DNA of 64,000 nucleotides, taken from positions 66,350-130,349 of the forward strand of contig DBTX01000078.1 in the NCBI GenBank assembly GCA_002307275.1, written 5' to 3'. A program made the translations under genes and the position numbers. How positions within the stretch are numbered: the stretch's first letter is position 1; each line of letters opens with the position of its first letter. Shown in pieces: positions 34,644-43,971 of the stretch. The notes beneath the pieces were generated by a model, which saw only the letters and a program-made list of their open reading frames with translations, did no database searches and was not told where the DNA came from. The DNA comes from Hungateiclostridiaceae bacterium UBA1305 (GTDB taxonomy: Bacteria; Bacillota; Clostridia; Acetivibrionales; DTU013).

Positions 34644-37424
34644 TTACTCCGCTTTCTCCTGCGGCAGATCCCGTACAATGCAGATAGCCTTCTCTTCAGC
34701 TATGTCAGACAGCAGAATCAGGTTTAAAGCCGAAGTATCGTAAACCTTTACGATTTGCTCCATACTGCACTCTTCCGGCAGTAGTTCCGTCAGGATATTT
34801 TTATGTGCATGCAGTAATTCCGGTCTATAAACGGTATTCCCGCTCTTTGGGAAAATAGCGGCATAGAATATATCCGCCTCCACAAGATCCTGAAAAAAGT
34901 GGCTTCCGAACGAAAGCTCCGGAACAAATCCGCCCCGCTCAAATGCGATCTCACAGAGCACCCTGATATTGCTGATCTCCGCAAAACTGACCGGCACACC
35001 CAGTTCAGGCGTTGTCGTGCCCCACCTGCCCGGCCCCGCCAGCAGCAGCCCGTTGCATTTTTTTCCAAGCAGGGAATTCAATTTGCCAATCAAACGTGCA
35101 GTCTTGTATTTTGTACTCAGATCTGCATTCGAGTATGCTTCAGGATCAACGAAGATAACGTTATCGACAGGCTGATAGATATTGCCTCCCATCGTTCCGT
35201 CGCAAACGGAGAAGAAAATGTCCTTTTTTTTCACTTCGGGTATAGTGACCTTCTTTCCCAGACCTTTTACTTGCAGCGGCCTGCACTGAAGAAGGTTGAT
35301 CATGAAATCAAGTTCTTTTGAAAAATTTACAGTAAACTCTACATCCACCGGATAACCGTAGTTCTGCTGGATCTCTTCAAGCATGCTCCTGAGGCAGATT
35401 ATGAAGTCCTTCTCCGCCAGAAGCCTGCTGCAGGTGGATAACATGTACTCCCTGTTCATTCCCCTCTCTGCCATAAGCGCTTCCGCTTCCCTGTCGTGCT
35501 CAAGCAGCAGATCTTTCAGATAAGCCGGAAGCAGTGGCGCAAGGTCATTGATGGAAATTGTCTGCAGGCTGTTCTTATTAAGGTCCAGTACATCAACATA
35601 TTGCTGAGAAAATTTTCTGTTGTCTCCCTTTCCTGCCAGCAGCCTGAGCTGCGGCTTATCCAGCGAAGCCACTCTCGGATAATCGCCCTGCGTCCTTTCC
35701 ACAGCCCTCGTTCCCAGACCTGCAACCAGCCTTACCAGACCGGCTTTGGGATCAATGTCCCTGTTCCATGCATAAGCATTATACGAGTAGGCGACTCCTG
35801 CAGTTGCCGGCATGAATATCCCATCATACCTTGAGCCGGATACACGCTGCACCAGGATCGCCATCTGCTCGTCGCTTTGATCCAGCCCTCTCTGCTGCCT
35901 GTAAACCAATGCCGATTCATCCATTGCGCTTGCATACACCTGCTTGACGGCACTTTCAAATTCCTGAAGCCGTTCCTCCAAAGTCCCCATATTTGTGCAG
36001 AAAATACTTTCATACTTGCCTGCAAATGCAGTACCGAAGTTATCTTCAAGCAGACTGCTGGAGCGGACAATAATCGGACTCTGTCCATAATATTCGAGCA
36101 GATTCCTGAATTGTTCCCTGACTATTTGAGGAAAAAGGCCGGACGGAATTTTCTCTTTTAACTGTCCGGCAGCTGAAAAATAGCCCTCTGGTGTCCGCTG
36201 ATCCAGGCGCAGCCTCCACCAGCCATTCTGTACGAGATAGGTGTAGAATACATCCGATCCGATATAAAAAGAGTCATGAGGCTCAAGCCTGTGCTTCCAG
36301 CTTTGCAGTATATTGCGTGCGAGCAGCATCCCAACTGCTTTTCCGCCAATATAACCCGAGCCTATCATCCTTTCTTTTATCTCAAGGATGTCTTCCAATT
36401 GAAAATGGCTCAGCGCCAACGCCAGAATATTTTTATCCCTGCCTATCACCAGCTTGCACAGCTTTTCCAGCATCTCAGCCCTTGGACTTTTAATCGTTTC
36501 CGCGGATATCCTGTCTCCTGATTCGCTGCCTGGTTTTGGACCTGATTCGCAGCCCGACCCGCTGCCTGATTCACTACCTGAACCACTGTTTGACCCGCTG
36601 CCTGATTTCTGGTCTGATTCACTGCTTGATTCACAGCCTGATTTGCGGCCTGCAATGTCCTCCAGGTCGCGCCCTGTCCCCCCCGTCTGTTCCTCTTCAG
36701 CGATCCTCTCTGCTTTCAGGAAGAGCCTGTCCCAGTAGTCCAGCTTGTGTCCGGACTGTCTGGTACCCTGAGAAGCAACCAGATGAAAGAACCTGCTCGT
36801 CTCCAGCCCGTCTGTCAGCGGCAGAAAGCTGTCGCCTTCGGATATGTGAGGCAGAAACATCGTGTCGGAGTATCTCCTCCATACCTTTATCGGGTGGATA
36901 TAACGGTTTTCCTCATTATGATATGCATCGATCAGAAGCTGTGTGGTTTCGCGGATCCTAGCCACGGTGTCGTAAGAATGGCGGTTTCTGATAATAGTAA
37001 AAAATGCTACTGTATCCAGTTCAAATAAGTAGGGACAGGTCACTGTAAAGAAATTTCCCATCATAAGATCTGCCGCCCACGCTGTCTGCAGCTCTGAAAG
37101 GCAGTCAAACACATAAAAAGCTCCTGCGCCTTCGCCGGCAATTACCTCATGCACCTGTACGGTGAAGTTCTCAAAGCCGCTGTCCGGATCCAATACGACA
37201 ATTTTCAATCCGTCCTGCGGCTCCAGAATGGGCGGATGCATCGCAAAGCGCATATAAATCAGGTTTCTCTTTTCCTCAATTGCCTTTTTCGCAAAGGGTA
37301 CTGCAAAGAAGCGGTAATCCTCAATATCCACCAACTGCCAGACAACATTATCCCCCAGCCTGATAGAGTCCACAACCTGGTCAAGTCCGTTTACACCCGA
37401 ATGGATCCTGTCAAACGCGATCAT
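34644..37424 (-). CDS. Multidomain protein: P-loop-less KaiC/RecA-like domain + Ser/Gly linker + PEP/pyruvate-binding (PPDK_N ATP-grasp) domain
   Basis: The N-terminus SGVNGLDQVVDSIRLGDNVVWQ resembles KaiC/RadA 'GI.GLD..LGGG' but has no GxxGxGKT. The C-terminal half has IGGKAVGMLLA and VRSSSLLEDNFGTAFAGKYES, typical of PPDK_N. The AAGGGAG RBS supports the ATG at 37424. Confidence 0.75.
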   Translation of the reverse strand: MIAFDRIHSGVNGLDQVVDSIRLGDNVVWQLVDIEDYRFFAVPFAKKAIEEKRNLIYMRFAMHPPILEPQDGLKIVVLDPDSGFENFTVQVHEVIAGEGAGAFYVFDCLSELQTAWAADLMMGNFFTVTCPYLFELDTVAFFTIIRNRHSYDTVARIRETTQLLIDAYHNEENRYIHPIKVWRRYSDTMFLPHISEGDSFLPLTDGLETSRFFHLVASQGTRQSGHKLDYWDRLFLKAERIAEEEQTGGTGRDLEDIAGRKSGCESSSESDQKSGSGSNSGSGSESGSGSGCESGPKPGSESGDRISAETIKSPRAEMLEKLCKLVIGRDKNILALALSHFQLEDILEIKERMIGSGYIGGKAVGMLLARNILQSWKHRLEPHDSFYIGSDVFYTYLVQNGWWRLRLDQRTPEGYFSAAGQLKEKIPSGLFPQIVREQFRNLLEYYGQSPIIVRSSSLLEDNFGTAFAGKYESIFCTNMGTLEERLQEFESAVKQVYASAMDESALVYRQQRGLDQSDEQMAILVQRVSGSRYDGIFMPATAGVAYSYNAYAWNRDIDPKAGLVRLVAGLGTRAVERTQGDYPRVASLDKPQLRLLAGKGDNRKFSQQYVDVLDLNKNSLQTISINDLAPLLPAYLKDLLLEHDREAEALMAERGMNREYMLSTCSRLLAEKDFIICLRSMLEEIQQNYGYPVDVEFTVNFSKELDFMINLLQCRPLQVKGLGKKVTIPEVKKKDIFFSVCDGTMGGNIYQPVDNVIFVDPEAYSNADLSTKYKTARLIGKLNSLLGKKCNGLLLAGPGRWGTTTPELGVPVSFAEISNIRVLCEIAFERGGFVPELSFGSHFFQDLVEADIFYAAIFPKSGNTVYRPELLHAHKNILTELLPEECSMEQIVKVYDTSALNLILLSDIAEEKAICIVRDLPQEKAE
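36505..36650. repeat. Imperfect short tandem repeats encoding the Ser/Gly-rich linker
   Basis: Repeated CCTGATTC(A/G)C-like units on the plus strand encode SGCESSSESDQKSGSGSNSGSGSESGSGSGCESGPKPGSESG on the minus strand. Confidence 0.8.
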
Positions 37425-37618
37425 TGCGCCACACTCCCTTTTATTTGCATACATGGGAATTAGATAACTGCATCGTTATCAATATACCACCATTTTACAC
37501 AATCATGCGGAATATTTACAGCTCTCATTTATTTTCAGATAGAACAGCTGTTGTAATCCCAAGGAAGTACGCCATATGCAGCCTCACTTATCATTCATGT
37601 TTCATACTGCTTCTAACC

Positions 37619-37852
37619 CTATCGCCCAAGCAGCTTCAGGATCTCATTCGGTTTTAAAACCCTGCCATATGAGACGACCTTTTCATCGACAACCAGTGCC
37701 GGAGTCGACATGACACCATATAACATGATGTCCTTAAGATCGGTCACCTTTATAATTTCGGCATCCATTCCAGCTGCTTTCAATGCAGCTTCAGTATTCT
37801 CCTTTAATGTAACACAGTTCCTGCAGCCCGAACCTAAAATCTTGATTACCAT
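37619..37852 (-). CDS. Thioredoxin-fold protein (redox-active disulfide protein 2 / MTH895 type)
   Basis: 77 aa: KILGSGCRNC (CxxC) ... GVMSTPALVVDEKVV. Confidence 0.8.
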   Translation of the reverse strand: MVIKILGSGCRNCVTLKENTEAALKAAGMDAEIIKVTDLKDIMLYGVMSTPALVVDEKVVSYGRVLKPNEILKLLGR

Positions 37853-37902
37853 ATTGTTATCACTCCTATCTATTTTTTATTATCCATTCCGGGAAATTAT
37901 TT

Positions 37903-38907
37903 TTATAAGAAAAACCCGCTAAAAGCATTAAACAAATACCCTATAATAATGATACCAACCGTGACAATGCCCGTAAATATCACCAGAAGCTTCAGCTTTA
38001 CCACTTTCTTAAGCATGATCAGAGACGGAAGCGAGAGTGCTGTGACCGCCATCATGAACGACAAAACCGTTCCGATTCCCACACCCTTTGAAACCAGGGC
38101 TTCGGCTATCGGCAGTGTGCCAAAGATATCCGCATACATGGGGATACCTACAACTGTCGCCAACACGACAGAGTACCATTTGTCCTGACCCAGGACTGCC
38201 CTTACGACAGGCTCCGGAACCCAATTGTGTATGGCTGCGCCAATTCCCACTCCAATTAAAATATACAGCCAGACCTTCTTTATTATACTCAGAACCTGAT
38301 TCCTTGCGAAGCTTGTTCTGTCACGGAATGTCAAGTCCTGCTGTTCCATTTCAATCATTTTATTACTGAGTACGAACGGCTCTATATACCCTTCCAGTTT
38401 GGATTTGCTTATGATGGTCCCTCCGGCAACTGCAAGTACGATCCCAACAACCATATAAGCTATGGCGATCTTCCAGTTGAAAATGCTGGCGAGTAACAGG
38501 ACCGACGCTAAATCCACCAGTGGGGAGGAAATCAGGAAAGAAAAAGTAACGCCTATTGGAAGGCCTGCGCTGGTAAAGCCCATAAACAGCGGTATTGAAG
38601 AACAGGAGCAAAATGGGGTGACTGTTCCAAGCAATGCGCCAAGTATATTGGCTGATACCCCATTGAACCTGCCCAGGATCTTTCTGGTCCTTTCGGGCGG
38701 GAAAAAGCTCTGCACATAGGAGATAGTGAAAATCAAAACCGAAAGCAATATGAATATCTTAACTACATCATAGATGAAAAAATGGATACTTCCACCCAGG
38801 CGGTCCTGCGTATCCAGTCCGAAGCCCTTTTGCACAAGGAGTTTAACCAGGTTTGAAAGCCACTCCATTCTTAATATCTGGTCGTTCAACCATTCAAATA
38901 CAAACAC
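37903..38907 (-). CDS. Permease (DUF318/ArsP-like family)
   Basis: ~8 TM segments with the conserved TPFCSCSSIPL cysteine motif. Sits in an operon with ArsR and the thioredoxin-fold gene. Confidence 0.8.
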   Translation of the reverse strand: MFVFEWLNDQILRMEWLSNLVKLLVQKGFGLDTQDRLGGSIHFFIYDVVKIFILLSVLIFTISYVQSFFPPERTRKILGRFNGVSANILGALLGTVTPFCSCSSIPLFMGFTSAGLPIGVTFSFLISSPLVDLASVLLLASIFNWKIAIAYMVVGIVLAVAGGTIISKSKLEGYIEPFVLSNKMIEMEQQDLTFRDRTSFARNQVLSIIKKVWLYILIGVGIGAAIHNWVPEPVVRAVLGQDKWYSVVLATVVGIPMYADIFGTLPIAEALVSKGVGIGTVLSFMMAVTALSLPSLIMLKKVVKLKLLVIFTGIVTVGIIIIGYLFNAFSGFFL

Positions 38908-38923
38908 TACGCCATCCCCTGTC

Positions 38924-39253
38924 TCATTTCAAAAATAAACCCTTTTTTAAAGAATCCTGTGTCTCCTCGATCTGCCTTAGAATAATTGTTTCTGCGATCT
39001 CGATCATCTGATAGACCTCAGGACTTTTAATCTTGTATATCACCATCAATCCATCTTTTTTACTTTCAACAATCCCCTGGTTCTTAAGTACTGTCAGATG
39101 CTGTGAAGTATTTGATTGCTCCGACTCCAGCTGGGGAAGGATCTCGCAGACACACAGCGGTTTCTCCTTCAGTAGTCTGATGATTTGAAGTCTCGTCGGA
39201 TGAGCTATCGCTTTAAAAATATTGGAGATCATTTGATTTCCCATGTTTGACAT
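38924..39253 (-). CDS. ArsR/SmtB-family metalloregulator
   Basis: KAIAHPTRLQIIRLL...PLCVCEI...SQHLTVLKNQGIV winged HTH. Confidence 0.85.
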   Translation of the reverse strand: MSNMGNQMISNIFKAIAHPTRLQIIRLLKEKPLCVCEILPQLESEQSNTSQHLTVLKNQGIVESKKDGLMVIYKIKSPEVYQMIEIAETIILRQIEETQDSLKKGLFLK

Positions 39254-39680
39254 TTACTCCACCTATCCCTTCTATTCACTTACCGAACTACAATAAATAA
39301 CAATAATTTTATCTGCTATTTTCGTATTAAATAATATCGTTATTTTACTATATTAGATTTTACTTATTTAATAAATTCATTATATAGTCGCTTCGAATGT
39401 TTGTCAATGCGCATTTAAGAAAATCCTATCTATTTGATTCAGTATTCTGATTAGTGTGCTTGACTTATTGAAATGTGAGGGATATCGTTGTCAAAAGAAA
39501 TTATGTGATATAAAATAGCAGTAATAGGAAAACGCAGGAAGAAATAATGCAAAACGCTGACAATGAGCCCCCATAGCAAGGGGTTCATCGGTGGGTTGTG
39601 TACATTCTTTATATGCTGCGGACATGTTGGATTATACGAGTATGTATTTGATATTTAACATTATTTTGGGGGGAAGTGGA

Positions 39681-40451
39681 ATGGGTGTTGGATTGGCTTG
39701 TATTGGGCTATGTATATTATTGGGAATTGTATTGTCAATGGGGAAAGCTTCCTTTTTAATTGCGGGATTCAATATGATGGCAAAAGAAAACCAAGACAAG
39801 TATGATAAAGTGGCTTTATGCAAATTTACGGGAAAAATCATGTTCGCACTTGCATTTAGCATGGTCTTTTGGGTTTTATATCAGGCTTTTGAAATCAAGT
39901 GTTTGCTCTATATCGGAGTGATATTGTTTTTGGCGTTTTTAATGTTTCTGCTGATCTATACAAATACAGGTAACAGATTCAAGATTGGAAGTAGCTCAGT
40001 GGGAAAGAAACAGCGCAAAGTATCAGAATATTCACCAATGATAATAGGATTGATAAGTTTACTTGGATCTGTTATGTTTTTATTTGTGCTTGTAAATGGA
40101 ACAAAAAAAGAAACGGAAGTTATCATACAGGGTAATCAGATTGTCTTTAAAGGACAGTATGGTGTTACTGATAACCTGAAAGAAATCACTGATGTTCAGT
40201 TGAAAACCAATATCCCTGCCATAGGAATGAAGGTAAATGGAGCAGGTCTTGGGGAAATAATGAAAGGTGACTTTGAGGTGGAAGGTCTTGGAACCTGCAG
40301 GCTATTCGTTCATTCAGAAAAAGGCCCTTTTATTTATATAATGGTTGACGGTAAATATACCATCATTAATTTTAAAGATTCAAACGAAACAATGGCAATT
40401 TATGAAGAGCTAAAGAAGGCGATTGAAAGTTATGTGAAAAGTGGTAATTGA
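39681..40451 (+). CDS. Membrane protein with DUF3784-like N-terminal domain and bacterial PH-like C-terminal domain
   Basis: The GGGGGGAAGTGGA RBS supports the ATG at 39681. FLIAGFNMMAKENQDKYDK is DUF3784-like. The C-terminal beta-rich region ends ...IYIMVDGKYTIINF. Confidence 0.6.
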   Translation: MGVGLACIGLCILLGIVLSMGKASFLIAGFNMMAKENQDKYDKVALCKFTGKIMFALAFSMVFWVLYQAFEIKCLLYIGVILFLAFLMFLLIYTNTGNRFKIGSSSVGKKQRKVSEYSPMIIGLISLLGSVMFLFVLVNGTKKETEVIIQGNQIVFKGQYGVTDNLKEITDVQLKTNIPAIGMKVNGAGLGEIMKGDFEVEGLGTCRLFVHSEKGPFIYIMVDGKYTIINFKDSNETMAIYEELKKAIESYVKSGN

Positions 40452-40519
40452 ACATGAAAATATTAGTTCGCCATTATTATATATGTAGTCCTTATCTGTA
40501 GATCGTCCTCGCTGTATTC

Positions 40520-40574
40520 AGATGGGGCACTCCTTGAATTTATGGGAGATGGGGCACTCCTTGAATTTATGGGC
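40520..40574. repeat. Exact 27-bp tandem duplication
   Basis: AGATGGGGCACTCCTTGAATTTATGGG occurs twice in tandem, immediately downstream of the MocR gene stop at 40576. The only differences are at the unit edges. Confidence 0.9.
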
Positions 40575-40575
40575 T

Positions 40576-42036
40576 TCAGAATATAGTTTCTAGTTCCATA
40601 CGATCTTTATAACCCTTATAGCCCCCTAACAGAATGTTTTTCAGGATATTAAGCCCCTTGACGAGTTCCTCCATAGTCTCTGCGCCTGACAACGATATCC
40701 TGACAGCCGAAGGCGCTTTCTCCCCGCCAACTGCGAACTTGTCGGCACAAAACACATTGACTCCGCTTTCACGTGCTGCTATCTCGAATTCCTTTCCACT
40801 CCATTCCTCCGGCAGTTTGAGCCAGACGAAGAATCCTCCCGGTATACCTTGGATAGCATATCCGGATAAAATCCTGCAGGCTTTTTCATATCGCATTTCC
40901 GCTTCCCGCAGTTTGTCTGCGATAATCATGTCGGCAGAGCCATCCCTGATACATTCACATGCAATTGCAACATTCAAAGCTGGCGTCATCCAGATGGTAT
41001 TGACCACTGCCTGGCCGATTTTGTACAGGAGTTGTTTCGGAGCAGCAACGAACGCCACCCTCAAGCCAGCATAAAACGCCTTGGAAATTCCGGCAATATA
41101 AACGCTGTTTTCCGGTACCAAAGGCGTTATAGCCTGCTGGTTTTTCTGATTTGAAAAGCTGTATATATCATCCTCAATCATAATCAGTCCGTGCCGCAGG
41201 ATAACATCCGACAGTTCTCTTTTTCGCTGCAGTGACATGACGGAGGTGGTGGGATTCTGCATGTTAGGCATCAGATAGACTCCTTTGACAGGACTCCTTT
41301 GGCAAACCCTTTCAAGACTCTCGGGCAGCATACCTTCTGCATCCATCGCAACAGGCTCCAGCTTGATTCCAAGTGTTTTTGCAATTGCCTTCATGCCGGG
41401 GTAGATCAGATACTCCGCTGCAATTTTGTCCCCGGACTTGAAAAATGAACTTAAGATGCAGGTCAGAGCATGCTGCGCTCCCGAACAGATAAGTATATTC
41501 TCTTTTGGTATTTCTATGCCAAACCGCTTGACCCATAAAGCGCCGGTCTCCCTGTGTTCCGGCAATCCAAGCGGATCGCTGTATCTCATGTACCTGTTCA
41601 GTTGCCTGGTTTTCAGAAGATTTTCAATGGTTTTGGATATGTCAGGTTCTTTTATGTAAAGCGGTAAAACCAGTCCCATTTCAATAGCTTGTACATTTCT
41701 TTCGCCAGGTTGTGCCATTGACGCATAGATACCCACATCAGCGGTAATAAATGTACCCCGGCCGACTGTTCCTGTTATCAGTCCTCTCTTTTCAGCGTTT
41801 GCGTATGCGCGCGTTATGGTTGTGACGTTGACACCTATTATCTCTGCCAGTTCACGGTGCGTGGGCATTCTTTCACCCGGCTTTAACGTCCCATTTCTCA
41901 CATCTCTCTCCATAGCGTCTGCAATAGCGATATATAACGATTTATCCGTGTCAATAATTCGCGGGTTCCACATTTGTATGCTCACTTTCATTATTGTATT
42001 ACATACAATTGTATGATTGACGTCATACAATGTCAA
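40576..42036 (-). CDS. MocR/PdxR-type regulator (GntR HTH fused to aminotransferase-fold domain)
   Basis: HTH LKPGERMPTHRELAEIIGVNVTTITRAYANAEKRGLI, then a fold-type-I PLP domain (ISKAF Lys context). The true start is probably an internal ATG (41991 or 41973). Confidence 0.85.
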   Translation of the reverse strand: MTLYDVNHTIVCNTIMKVSIQMWNPRIIDTDKSLYIAIADAMERDVRNGTLKPGERMPTHRELAEIIGVNVTTITRAYANAEKRGLITGTVGRGTFITADVGIYASMAQPGERNVQAIEMGLVLPLYIKEPDISKTIENLLKTRQLNRYMRYSDPLGLPEHRETGALWVKRFGIEIPKENILICSGAQHALTCILSSFFKSGDKIAAEYLIYPGMKAIAKTLGIKLEPVAMDAEGMLPESLERVCQRSPVKGVYLMPNMQNPTTSVMSLQRKRELSDVILRHGLIMIEDDIYSFSNQKNQQAITPLVPENSVYIAGISKAFYAGLRVAFVAAPKQLLYKIGQAVVNTIWMTPALNVAIACECIRDGSADMIIADKLREAEMRYEKACRILSGYAIQGIPGGFFVWLKLPEEWSGKEFEIAARESGVNVFCADKFAVGGEKAPSAVRISLSGAETMEELVKGLNILKNILLGGYKGYKDRMELETIF

Positions 42037-42190
42037 GTATTATAATGGATACACTTGGCAAAATTTGAAGGCATTTAACCTCTGTAAATTTGGAGCAAGA
42101 CATATGATTGCTATGGTTTGTTCCGTATATGCTTAAAGAATAGTGTTAACTATGAAAAACCCGTTTCAACCGGGCATGGAGAGTAAAAAT

Positions 42191-43576
42191 ATGACTGACA
42201 TCAGAATCCAAATGCATAAGCAGCTGCAGAGCAAATCTTTATTTGAAAATGCAAAAACCTATGCATACGATTATATGGACACAATCACCCAACGGCCTGT
42301 ATTTCCGGCTCAAGATGCTATCAAGGCGCTGGAGCTCTTCAATGAACCAATGCCCATGACTCCTTCGGAACCATTAGAGATTCTCAGACAGCTGCATGAG
42401 ATCGGTTCTCCGGCTACAGTTGCACAAACTGCCGGCCGGTACTTCGGCTTTGTAAACGGAGGCACAATACCCGTGGCTGTCGCTTCAAAATGGCTGTCGG
42501 ATGTATGGGACCAGAATGCAGCGCTGTATGTAATTTCACCTATTGTTTCTAAATTGGAGGAAGTTTGCGAAAAATGGCTAACTGGGCTTTTCGGGCTGAG
42601 TGACGGAACAGCGGCAGGCTTTGTCAGCGGCTCCTCCACCGCAATAGTCTGCGGACTGGCGGCAGCAAGGGACGAACTGCTGCGGAGGGTGGGCTGGGAT
42701 GTAAGCTGCAAAGGCTTGTTCGGCGCGCCGAATATAAGAGTGATTCTGGGAGAGCAGGCGCATTCTTCGGTATTCAAGGCGTTGTCGCTCCTTGGTTTGG
42801 GCAGAGAGCGTGTAGAGCTGGTTCCGGTCGATTCGCAGGGGCGTATGATTGCAGAAAAAGTACCTAAATTGGACAACACTACTCTGGTCATACTTCAGGC
42901 CGGAAATGTGAATACCGGTGCCTTTGATCCAATAGAGAAGATATGCGACATGGCAAACCATGCAGGTGCATGGGTCCATATTGACGGAGCATTCGGACTT
43001 TGGGCAGCTGCATCCGGCACCACAAAACACCTGACCCTGGGAATTGAGAAGGCTGACTCGTGGTCCGCCGATGCGCATAAAACGCTCAATGCGCCATATG
43101 ACTGTGGCATTGTCCTTTGCAGAAACAGAAATGCGCTTGTCTCTGCCATGCAGGCAACAGGCTCCTACATTCAATACAGCACCAACAGGGACGGAATGTT
43201 GTATACACCCGAAATGTCAAGGCGGGCAAGAGCTGTGGAACTGTGGGCGGCGTTGAAATCCCTCGGGCGAAGCGGCATCGCGGAACTGGTCGACGGTCTA
43301 TGCGAACGAGCGCGGCAATTTGCACGGATACTGCGTGACAATAGTTTTACTATACTTAATGAAGTGGTCTTCAATCAGGTACTTGTATCGTGTGAAACAC
43401 AGGAGAAAACTAAAGCAGCGCTTGCAAACCTGCAAAGCTCTGGTGAATGCTGGTGCGGCGGAGCACTGTGGAATGGAGAGCCTGCGATCCGCATCAGTGT
43501 ATGTTCGTGGGCTACTTCAGAGGAAGACATCATCAGATCTGCTGCGGCATTCATTCATGTGCGGGACATGGAATAA
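42191..43576 (+). CDS. PLP-dependent decarboxylase-like enzyme (group II decarboxylase fold)
   Basis: SGSSTAIVCGL, HIDGAFG and the PLP-lysine block SADAHKTLNAPYDCG. The GGAGAG RBS supports the ATG at 42191. Divergent from the MocR regulator. Confidence 0.8.
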   Translation: MTDIRIQMHKQLQSKSLFENAKTYAYDYMDTITQRPVFPAQDAIKALELFNEPMPMTPSEPLEILRQLHEIGSPATVAQTAGRYFGFVNGGTIPVAVASKWLSDVWDQNAALYVISPIVSKLEEVCEKWLTGLFGLSDGTAAGFVSGSSTAIVCGLAAARDELLRRVGWDVSCKGLFGAPNIRVILGEQAHSSVFKALSLLGLGRERVELVPVDSQGRMIAEKVPKLDNTTLVILQAGNVNTGAFDPIEKICDMANHAGAWVHIDGAFGLWAAASGTTKHLTLGIEKADSWSADAHKTLNAPYDCGIVLCRNRNALVSAMQATGSYIQYSTNRDGMLYTPEMSRRARAVELWAALKSLGRSGIAELVDGLCERARQFARILRDNSFTILNEVVFNQVLVSCETQEKTKAALANLQSSGECWCGGALWNGEPAIRISVCSWATSEEDIIRSAAAFIHVRDME

Positions 43577-43668
43577 ACTACCGGTCAGTTTCACTATGAA
43601 ATGATCAGGTTCTCCTATAAAAACCATGTAGCCATCTACCCAGAATAGAATGATAATACAGGAGGATT

Positions 43669-43937
43669 CATGATGAAAACATTCAAATTCAAAAAAATAG
43701 ATGCCTTCACAAACGGCAGTTCCCCGGGAAATCCCGCAGCTGCCGTTTATCTCGATTCTTTATCTGGTCAAAAACGGTTATAGGCCTGAAGCTACAATCA
43801 CCCTGGAGCAGAACGGTACACGCAGCAACACCAACAGGGTCAAGCTTGAATTCTCGCAAAACAAAGACGGCACACCTCAGGTTCTTTTCGGAGGCAATGC
43901 CGTCGTAAGGGTCAGCGGAGAATACCGCTTGTTTTAA
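43669..43937 (+). pseudogene. Relic of a second PhzF-family gene (internal deletion)
   Basis: Good RBS (CAGGAGG) and the family N-terminus MMKTFKFKKIDAFTNGSSPGNPAAAVYL, then a stop after 37 codons. A different frame ends with a PhzF-type C-terminus (...QVLFGGNAVVRVSGEYRLF*). ~270 bp remain where ~880 bp are expected. Confidence 0.6.
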
Positions 43938-43971
43938 TATCTGGTAAGAACTCAGGCTCCTGCCTGCCAGT

